Source of the DNA: an uncultured delta proteobacterium
Lineage (GTDB): Bacteria > Desulfobacterota > Desulfobacteria > Desulfobacterales > Desulfatirhabdiaceae
Reading direction: 5' to 3'
DNA length: 64,000 nt
Assembly: GCA_963789395.1 (NCBI GenBank)
Contig: CAWBKP010000012.1
Location: 1 to 64,000, forward strand
Of the stretch, positions 56,546 through 64,000 are shown piece by piece. The number at the start of each line of letters is the position of its first letter. Position 1 is the stretch's first letter. Under the pieces are notes generated by a model that saw only the letters and a list, made by a program, of their open reading frames with translations, did not search any database and was not told the origin of the DNA. The position numbers and the translations under genes are program-made.

Positions 56546-56601
56546 ATTCCGGATAAACCGCACTTAATTCCTGCCTGACTTTGTCTTTGTTCAGGAATTA
56601 A
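56545..56601. repeat. Palindromic repeat family 3, copy 2
   Basis: aattccgg..ttaattcctg/caggaattaa; loop similar to copy 1. Confidence 0.55.
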
Positions 56602-56707
56602 CCAAGATAAACGCATAAAAACGCAATATTTGGACGGCTTTGTGAAAAGTTCGCAGGCAAGGCGCGTAAATTCAGAAAAACGGCAGTTTTATTAGGGAGA
56701 ATTAAAC

Positions 56708-58726
56708 GTGTATATCAAAAAACTAAAAAATATCACCGATTCAGGCTGCGACAGTGCAATCACCCGACGGGAATTTTTGTATTATTCGGCCGGGACAATC
56801 GGTGCCATAACGATGAGTTCAATAGCATTCGGGGGCGTCGGCGCAGGTAAAGGCGACACCGGGATACAGCATTATCCGATTCGCCCTGAAGTCACCACGA
56901 CGCTTCAGGAGATGATTGCGTTTCCCAAGACCCTGCCAGGTCTGACTAAACCACAGATTTCCCAGGTCGAACAATATGCCAAGTTTGGCTATGGCAACTG
57001 GACGGTCGGCTCACCGCTTCCGTTGATGCCGAGAACGGATCTCATGCCAAAGAGCTATAGCATGCCGTCGCCTGACCGAAAAACCAAGCTCATCACCTTC
57101 TTTACTTTTTCCGATATTCACATCACGGACAAGGAAGCGCCGAATCAACTGATCTATTTTCAACAGGCCGAGCGATTCGCCTACAACAATACGTCAATCT
57201 ATTCGCCGGTGATGATGGGCACCACGCATGTATTGGATGCAGCGGTTCAAACGGTTAACGCACTTCACAAGCAGAACCCGTTCGATTTCGGCATCTCGCT
57301 CGGCGACACCTGCAACAGCACATCGTACAACGAACTCCGGTGGTATATCGACGTCATCGACGGCAAAGTCATTGTACCCAGCTCCGGCGCCCATCTCGGC
57401 GCTGATAGCGTTGGCTACCAAAAACCGTACCAGGCCGCCGGACTGGACAAGTCCATCCCCTGGTATCAGGCGATGGGCAACCACGATCATTTTTATATTG
57501 GGTCGTTTCCCGTGGATGCGAATCCGGCGCTGGGCATTCGACAATCGTACCTTTCCGATTCTGTCTGGTCCATTGCCAACATTCTTGTCCCGGATCTGAG
57601 TACATTTCCCGTTTTGTTCAACAATGAGGGGATGACTGCCAAGCCGCAGTTTTACACGGGCGTTATCGATGGTTCGACCCCGTACGGAAAAATCACTTAC
57701 GCGGGGCCGGCCGACGATCCGTCATTTGCTGCCGGCTCACCGAAGGTCGCCGCCGATCCGGATCGTCGTTCGCTTGTGAGGACGGAGTGGATACAAGAAT
57801 TTTTCAAGACAACGACCAAGCCGCTCGGCCACGGCTTCAATCTGGTCGACACAAGCAGTCCGCCAGGTTTTACTTGTTACAGCTTCGTTCCCAATCCAAA
57901 TATACCGCTCAAGGTGATCGTGCTGGACGATACACAAAGGGAAGACGACGGATCGAAAGACATCCATGGCCATGGGTATCTGGATACTCAGCGTTGGGCG
58001 TGGCTGCAAGCCGAACTGGCCAAGGGTCAGGCCGATGACCAGTTGATGATTGTCGCAGCCCATATCCCCATTGGTGTTGCGCCCATCGGCTCGGAAATGG
58101 AATGGTGGGGCGAGACGACAAACATCACGCCCCGGCACCAGAACGCCGTGAACCTCGCTGACTTGGTAAAGAGGCTGCAGAACACGCCGAATCTGCTCAT
58201 GTGGATTGCCGGACATCGTCACGTGAATACCGTGAAGGCCTTTCCCTCTGCCGATCCAGCCAAGCCGGAGCAGGGCTTCTGGCAGGTGGAAACCTCATCG
58301 TTGAGGGATTTTCCCCAGCAGTTCCGGACTTTCGATATCTATCTGAACAGCGACTACACCGTATCAATTGTCACGGTTAACGTGGATCCGGCAGTCGCTG
58401 AGGGAACGCCTGCAGCCACATCGCGCAAACACGCCATAGCGGTGCAGCAGATCATCCAGAACGACTTGAATCCGAATTGCCCGAACAACTTGACGGCCGG
58501 CGGCACCGGCAAGCTCCCCGTGCCGAGCATGGATCCAACCCGGCCACAGAGCGATGCACCCGACACCAACGATCCGACGATCACGTATGTGGATTTAAGC
58601 AACGCCGCAGCTCCCGTACCCTGCCACGGTTCCTACAACGCAGAACTCTTCAAGAAGTTAAGTCCGCAAATGATCCGTGTGTTGAAAAAAACGATAGGGG
58701 ACAGAAGTGGCTCGGAAAGGGCATGA
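56708..58726 (+). CDS. Tat-exported metallophosphoesterase (TIGR03768/RPA4764-like)
   Basis: TRREFL, SDIHITD, LGD, GNHD, AHIP, AGHRH. Confidence 0.88.
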   Translation: MYIKKLKNITDSGCDSAITRREFLYYSAGTIGAITMSSIAFGGVGAGKGDTGIQHYPIRPEVTTTLQEMIAFPKTLPGLTKPQISQVEQYAKFGYGNWTVGSPLPLMPRTDLMPKSYSMPSPDRKTKLITFFTFSDIHITDKEAPNQLIYFQQAERFAYNNTSIYSPVMMGTTHVLDAAVQTVNALHKQNPFDFGISLGDTCNSTSYNELRWYIDVIDGKVIVPSSGAHLGADSVGYQKPYQAAGLDKSIPWYQAMGNHDHFYIGSFPVDANPALGIRQSYLSDSVWSIANILVPDLSTFPVLFNNEGMTAKPQFYTGVIDGSTPYGKITYAGPADDPSFAAGSPKVAADPDRRSLVRTEWIQEFFKTTTKPLGHGFNLVDTSSPPGFTCYSFVPNPNIPLKVIVLDDTQREDDGSKDIHGHGYLDTQRWAWLQAELAKGQADDQLMIVAAHIPIGVAPIGSEMEWWGETTNITPRHQNAVNLADLVKRLQNTPNLLMWIAGHRHVNTVKAFPSADPAKPEQGFWQVETSSLRDFPQQFRTFDIYLNSDYTVSIVTVNVDPAVAEGTPAATSRKHAIAVQQIIQNDLNPNCPNNLTAGGTGKLPVPSMDPTRPQSDAPDTNDPTITYVDLSNAAAPVPCHGSYNAELFKKLSPQMIRVLKKTIGDRSGSERA

Positions 58727-59043
58727 TGGTTCGGGGTCTGTCCGCAAAATGTAATATCCCATCGGTGTCGTTAATATTTCCGAAAATGCTGAAGACATGA
58801 CGAATACTCCGGGATTTTCTGCTACTCCGCATTTAATTATTGACAACATCCCGAACATTGATGTTTATACACCTTGTCGCGGACAGTAAAGACCGTTGCT
58901 ACAAACAAGAGAGAACGGGACGATCTTTAGAGTCCGCTCTTTTTTGGGGTTCAGTCATAGACCCATTTGGGTCATCAAACCCTGCATATTCGCCGAATTT
59001 TTTTCGAATGTATTAATCTTATTGTTTTCCGAAAGGATCGACC

Positions 59044-60135
59044 ATGAAAATGATTAAAAATGTCAGCTTGTTGCTTGTGTGCTTATCTCTGCTGTTACCG
59101 TTCAACACGGCCCTGGCCAAAACCGTCATCAAAATCGCCAATGCCGGTCCGGACAATCCGGAAAACCGAACGGTTAAAGCCCTGGCAGTCTTCAAGAATC
59201 GCGTGGAGAAAGGCACCGGGGGCGAGGTGGAAGTCCAGGCGTTTCATGCCAGCAAATTGGGCGATGAACGCGAAGCCCTGGAGGGTATCCGCATGGGCAC
59301 GATTCAGATGGGCACCCTTTCTGCCGGTCCGGTTCCGGGGTTTTACCCCGAGGTGATGATCTATGATATTCCCTATCTGTTCAGCAGCGCCCCGGCCGCC
59401 TGGGAATTTTTCAAAAGCGACTCGGCCAAGGAGTTCTCTGACGGGTTTTTGAAAAAGACAGGCGTACGCATCCTGGCCACCACTGAAAACGGCTACCGCC
59501 ATTTCACGGATAATGCAAGGCCTATCAAAAGCCCGGAGGACATAAAGGGCTTGAAGATCCGCACCATGCAAAATCCCGCCCACATTGCCATGGTCAAGGC
59601 CCTTGGCGGGGATCCGACGCCCATCGCCTTCAGTGAGTTATACATGGCCCTGCAGCAGAAGGTGGTGGATGGCATGGAGTGCCCCATCGTGCTGATCAAC
59701 GATATGAAGTTTTACGAAGTCCAGAAATATCTGGTTCTGGACGGGCATCTCTATAATCCGTTGTTCATCTTCATCAACGACAAATTCTTCAATGAAAAAT
59801 TGACCCCCGAACAGAGGAAGGTCGTTCAGGATGCCGCCATAGAACTGGCCGTGATTCATGACGGGTTCAGCCAGGAAGCCAACATCAAAGGTATTGCCGA
59901 ACTCACGGCCAAAGGCATGGAAATCTATCAGCCCACGGCCCAGGAAATGAATGCATTCCGCAGTGTGGCCCAGCCCGCCGGCCTGGAATTCATCACCGAA
60001 AAAATCGGCAAGGAATGGGTGGATAAGGCTCTCAAGGGCGCCGCGGCAGCCGAAGCCAAGGTCGCCGGCAAAAGCGATGAAATCATTCAGAAGCTGATCA
60101 AGGATGCCAATGAGAAGTATGCGGCCATCAAGTAG
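59044..60135 (+). CDS. dctP: TRAP substrate-binding protein
   Basis: LGDERE, ENGYRH, GLKIRTM, ELYMALQQKVVDGME. Confidence 0.95.
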   Translation: MKMIKNVSLLLVCLSLLLPFNTALAKTVIKIANAGPDNPENRTVKALAVFKNRVEKGTGGEVEVQAFHASKLGDEREALEGIRMGTIQMGTLSAGPVPGFYPEVMIYDIPYLFSSAPAAWEFFKSDSAKEFSDGFLKKTGVRILATTENGYRHFTDNARPIKSPEDIKGLKIRTMQNPAHIAMVKALGGDPTPIAFSELYMALQQKVVDGMECPIVLINDMKFYEVQKYLVLDGHLYNPLFIFINDKFFNEKLTPEQRKVVQDAAIELAVIHDGFSQEANIKGIAELTAKGMEIYQPTAQEMNAFRSVAQPAGLEFITEKIGKEWVDKALKGAAAAEAKVAGKSDEIIQKLIKDANEKYAAIK

Positions 60136-60179
60136 GCTGGACGCGAATTAACCCACAGATTGTCTATTCTGTATCATCA

Positions 60180-60210
60180 GCGGCGAAGCACCTGATAGGT
60201 TCTTCGCCGC
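60180..60210 (+). other. Strong hairpin between dctP and dctQ
   Basis: gcggcgaag-cacctgataggtt-cttcgccgc. Confidence 0.6.
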
Positions 60211-60232
60211 ATTTATTGTGGTGTGTTGTAAA

Positions 60233-60799
60233 ATGAAAACACTTTCCTATTGGGTGAACATGCTGGCCAACGGGCAAATCAAACTGTGTTCAGGGTTGTT
60301 GTTTGTCCTGGGCCTGCTGATGACCGTGGTGATTCTCCTGCAGGTCTTTTTCCGTTTCGTGGTTCAGGTTCCCTTCCCTTGGAGCGAGGAATGTGCACGA
60401 TATCTGATGATCTGGATGGCCATGTTCGGCAGCGTGGCGGCGCTGCGTATGGGCCGCCATCTTGGGGTACGGGTGCTGGTGGACAGGTTGCCGGAACGCA
60501 CCTATGATCTCATCGTGCCATTCCTTCAGCTGGCTATGATTTTTTTTCTGGGGGTTATCGGTACGCAAGGGTTTGATCTGGCCCTTGCCAATTTAGATCA
60601 GACGTCCGCAGCCATGGAAATTCCCATGCTGATCCCGTATCTGGCCATTCCCGTGGGATCATGGATGATGATACTGGATGTCGTAGCGGATCTGTTTCAG
60701 GACTTTTTTCCGACCAGCGCCGGATCTAACGCCAAAATCGCCACCACCACGCTGGAACAATTGCCGCCCGTGAACACCGGCGGAAGCGGAGACGCATAA
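60233..60799 (+). CDS. dctQ: TRAP small permease
   Basis: QVFFRFV, WSEECARYLMIW, HLGV. Confidence 0.92.
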   Translation: MKTLSYWVNMLANGQIKLCSGLLFVLGLLMTVVILLQVFFRFVVQVPFPWSEECARYLMIWMAMFGSVAALRMGRHLGVRVLVDRLPERTYDLIVPFLQLAMIFFLGVIGTQGFDLALANLDQTSAAMEIPMLIPYLAIPVGSWMMILDVVADLFQDFFPTSAGSNAKIATTTLEQLPPVNTGGSGDA

Positions 60800-60800
60800 C

Positions 60801-62081
60801 GTGATCTTGATTATTTCCGCCACCTTTCTGTTGACCCTTGCCCTGGGATTTCCGGTAGCCATCTGCCTGGGGATCACCTCCATGGTGGCCCTGTGGCTTG
60901 GAGATGTACCAATGCTCCTCATGGCCCAACGCATGTTCACGGGCATGGATTCCTTTCCCCTGATGGCGGTGCCGTTTTTTGTGCTGGCCGGCGAGTTGAT
61001 GAATCGCGGTGGAACCACCCGCCGGATCATCGATTTTGCCAATATACTGGTGGGGCGGATCCCCGGTGGACTGGCCCATACCAATATCGTGGCGTCGATG
61101 TTCTTCGGCGGGATCAGTGGTTCTGCCGTGGCCGATGCCGCGGCCATCGGGACGATTCTGATTCCGGGAATGACCCGCAAGGGATTTCCTCTGGGATTCA
61201 GCGCCGCAGTCACGGCGGCTGCATCCACCATGGGGCCGATCATTCCGCCTTCCATCCTGATGCTCATCATGGGTGTCACCACCGGGATATCCATTGGCGG
61301 CCTGTTTGCCGCCGGAATCATTCCCGGTGTCCTGATGGCGCTCTCCATGATGGCCTACAGCTATTTCGTCGCCGTACGCCGCAACTTTCCCCGGGAGGAA
61401 CTGACCTTCAGCCTCGGGCTGCTGTGGAAGGAATTTTGTGCCGCCGGACCGGCACTGCTTGCGCCGGTCATTATTCTCGGCGGGATCCTCGGGGGGGTTT
61501 TCACGCCCACAGAGGCGGCGGCGGCGGCCGTGCTGTACGCCTTTATTCTCGGCAAGTTCGTCTATCGCGAACTGCAACTAAAAGAGGTCCCCCAAATTTT
61601 TATCCAAAGCGGCATCACCACGGCGGTCCTGCTGCTGATCATCGCCATGGCCAATATATTCTCCTGGGTTCTCACGTCCGAACAAATTCCCACCCGGATC
61701 GCGGATCTCATGCTGAAGATCACCCACAATCCTTATATCATCCTGATTCTAATCAATATATTTCTGCTCTTTGTGGGGATGTTCATGGAGGGGGGCGCTG
61801 CCATCATCATTCTGGCTCCCACCCTGCTGGCCGTTGCCAAGACCGTGGGGATCGATCCCATGCATTTCGGGTTTTTGATGGTATTCAACCTGGTGGTCGG
61901 TCTGCTGACGCCGCCTTTGGGTGTCTGTCTGTTCGTGGTCTGCGGCATAACGAATCTGTCGCTGCCGAGAATGTCCCGGGCAACATTTCCGTTCATGGTT
62001 CTTGAAATCGGCTTGCTGTTGCTGGTGACCTACTGCCCTGCCATCGTATTGGTGATCCCTCGATTATTGGGCTATATGTAG
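60801..62081 (+). CDS. dctM: TRAP large permease
   Basis: AVPFFVLAGELM, SGSAVAD, IIPPS, FTPTEA, LTPPLG. Confidence 0.95.
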   Translation: MILIISATFLLTLALGFPVAICLGITSMVALWLGDVPMLLMAQRMFTGMDSFPLMAVPFFVLAGELMNRGGTTRRIIDFANILVGRIPGGLAHTNIVASMFFGGISGSAVADAAAIGTILIPGMTRKGFPLGFSAAVTAAASTMGPIIPPSILMLIMGVTTGISIGGLFAAGIIPGVLMALSMMAYSYFVAVRRNFPREELTFSLGLLWKEFCAAGPALLAPVIILGGILGGVFTPTEAAAAAVLYAFILGKFVYRELQLKEVPQIFIQSGITTAVLLLIIAMANIFSWVLTSEQIPTRIADLMLKITHNPYIILILINIFLLFVGMFMEGGAAIIILAPTLLAVAKTVGIDPMHFGFLMVFNLVVGLLTPPLGVCLFVVCGITNLSLPRMSRATFPFMVLEIGLLLLVTYCPAIVLVIPRLLGYM

Positions 62082-62143
62082 TGCCGGTCGAGCCGGCGGA
62101 CGGACCCGGCAACAAACCTGGTATGACTCAAAAGGAACAATGT

Positions 62144-63326
62144 ATGAACGAAAAGATCGTCCGGCGCGTCCGGAATCTGAGTTACAGCGTCATCCGTGAC
62201 ATGACACAACGGGCGGCTCGATACGATGATGCCATTCTCTTGAGTATCGGCGAACCGGATTTCGACACGCCGGAGAACATCTGCCGTCAGGCCATGGCGG
62301 ATGTTCTCCACGGCTGCACCCACTATACCCATGCCCAGGGAATTATCGAACTGCGCCAGGCTCTGGCTGCAAGAATTCTCAACCAGAGCGGCCGGCAGGT
62401 GGACACCGACCAGATCATCGTGACCCATGGCGGAGTGGGCGGCATCATGGGGGCGCTGCGCACCCTGGTGGAGGAAGGGGACGAAGTACTGGTTCCGGAG
62501 CCTCACTATCCGGATTATCGCGCCCATATCGCCTTTGCCGGCGGAACCATCCAACCGGTGGTAACCTGCTTTGAAGAAGGCTTCATTCCCCTTGCCCGGC
62601 ATGTCGAAGCAGCCGTCACCCCCAGGAGCCGCGTGCTGCTGCTCAACTCGCCCAACAATCCCACCGGAGCCGTGATTCCGGGTCCTGTCCTGGACGATCT
62701 GGCGCAGGTGGTCCGGCAACATGATCTGCTGGTGATCTCCGATGAGGTGTACGACGAGATGATTTTTCAGGGTGAATTCCAGTCCATTGCCACCCGCCCG
62801 GGCATGGACGGGCGCACCGTGGTGGTCAAGTCTTTTTCCAAAACATTTGCCATGACCGGCTGGCGCATCGGGTACAGCTATGGCCCTGCCTGGATCATGG
62901 AACAGATGCTCAAGGTGGTGAACTACTCCACCCTCTGCGCCAATACCATGGGCCAGCGTGCCGCCCTGGCGGCATTGAGCGCCGATCCCAGCCCCTTTTT
63001 GGCCATGCGCGATGAATTCGCCCGCCGTTCGTCTCTGGTCTGCGAACGATTGAACCGGATGCCGGGAATCAGGGCACTGCCGCCTTCGGGAACATTTTAT
63101 ATTTTCGTGGATATCAGACAGATCACCAACGATTCCAAGGCGTTTCGCTCTGGAGTTGTTGGAGCGGGAACATGTGGTGGTGGTGCCTGGATTTGCCTTC
63201 GGCACTTCCGGAGAGGGATGCATTCGACTGGCCTGCACGGTGGGCTGCGATCGTTTGAGTGAGGCCATGGACCGGCTGGAACGTTTCATGAATCAGTACG
63301 CCGGGAGTCGGCATGGCCAGGGTTGA
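62144..63326 (+). CDS. PLP-dependent class I/II aminotransferase, frameshift near 63150
   Basis: IGEPDF, NSPNNPTG, SDEVY, SFSKTFAMTGWRIG. Confidence 0.92.
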
Positions 63327-64000
63327 TGCTGCGCTGATCCGCGGGCTGAAAGCCATTGTCGGCGAACGCCGCTGCCTCACCGCACCGGAAGATCTGCGCT
63401 GCTACTCCTACGACATGTTTGCCCGCGGCCTGCCTGAAGCCGTGGTGCTGCCGGAAAACAACGACGAGGTCTGCCGGATGATGGCGCTGGCCTAATACCC
63501 ATGGGGTTCCGGTGACCCCCCGGGGAGCAGCCTCTTCCCTGACAGGCGGACCGGTGCCTGTCAGGGGCGGCATTGCGTTGAGCCTGGCGCGCATGAACCG
63601 GATCCTGGAAATATCTCCCCTCGATCGGCTGGCCCGGACAGAGCCCGGTGTGGTCACTGGCGGAATTTCAAAAGGCCCTGGCCCGCAGGCATCTTTTCTA
63701 TCCACCCAACCCCACGTCCGCGGCCTATTGCACCCTGGGCGGCAACGTGGCCACCAATGCCGGCGGCGCCAGCGGCGTCAAATACGGCGTGACCCGGGAC
63801 TACCTGCTTGGGCTGAAGGTCGTCCTGCCCAACGGCGAGATTCTGGAAACCGGCGGGCGGTGCCTCAAACGCGTGACGGGATATGATTTTACGCAGTTGC
63901 TGTGCGGCAGCGAGGGACTGCTGGGGGTCATCACGGAGATCACCTTCAAGCTGCTGACGCCGCCTGAGGCGGTGCAAACCCTGCTGGCCTATTATCCCAC
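63313..64000 (+). CDS. FAD-linked oxidase (GlcD/D-lactate dehydrogenase-like), frameshifted, 3' truncated by window edge
   Basis: PEAVVLP, PRGA, MNRILEI, EPGV, TLGGNVATNAGG, KYGVTRDY, GSEGLLGVIT. Confidence 0.85.

Noticed and set aside
1002..63289. Long antisense or alternate-frame ORFs (e.g. 1002-2225, 6493-7791, 19374-20762, 60893-62005, 62072-63289)
   Set aside because: They shadow well-supported genes and are expected from GC-rich codon bias; no motifs recognised.
1..64000. CRISPR array, tRNA or rRNA genes, intact transposase or prophage
   Set aside because: No regularly spaced repeat-spacer pattern, cloverleaf, rRNA-like sequence or matching ORF was found by eye.

Overview
64 kb of bacterial chromosome, most likely from an anaerobic Desulfobacterota (Desulfobacterales-like) organism judging by gene content. 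Many genes are split by single-base frameshifts, densest at 1-28 kb and after 63 kb; this looks like uncorrected long-read indel error rather than real decay. 1-15 kb is a CoA-dependent beta-oxidation cluster: 3-hydroxyacyl-CoA dehydrogenase, acyl-CoA dehydrogenase, two thiolases, CoA-transferase, a non-decarboxylating glutaryl-CoA dehydrogenase homologue, TRAP transporter, USP, enoyl-CoA hydratase, MFS and flavin oxidoreductase. An orphan MshEN-GspE/PilB ATPase follows, then a sigma-54 activator divergent from a second fatty-acid operon with a clear -24/-12 promoter (17-26 kb). 26-59 kb is an accessory patchwork: decayed mazEF, sfsA, cyclophilin, a DUF1566/Lcl protein behind a c-di-GMP-I riboswitch, a fused IorA-IorB molybdoenzyme, a YddA/BacA-like transporter with a degenerate ATPase domain next to a GH5, a two-component system with exported MsrAB, a ureohydrolase, a RelA/SpoT-like TIGR04552-type protein, kefFC and a Tat metallophosphoesterase. 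A second TRAP/aminotransferase/FAD-oxidase operon runs off the end. Intergenic DNA holds several small palindromic repeat families and TIR-bounded miniature elements. No rRNA, tRNA, CRISPR array or intact transposase was seen. All family assignments come from motif recognition, not database searches.
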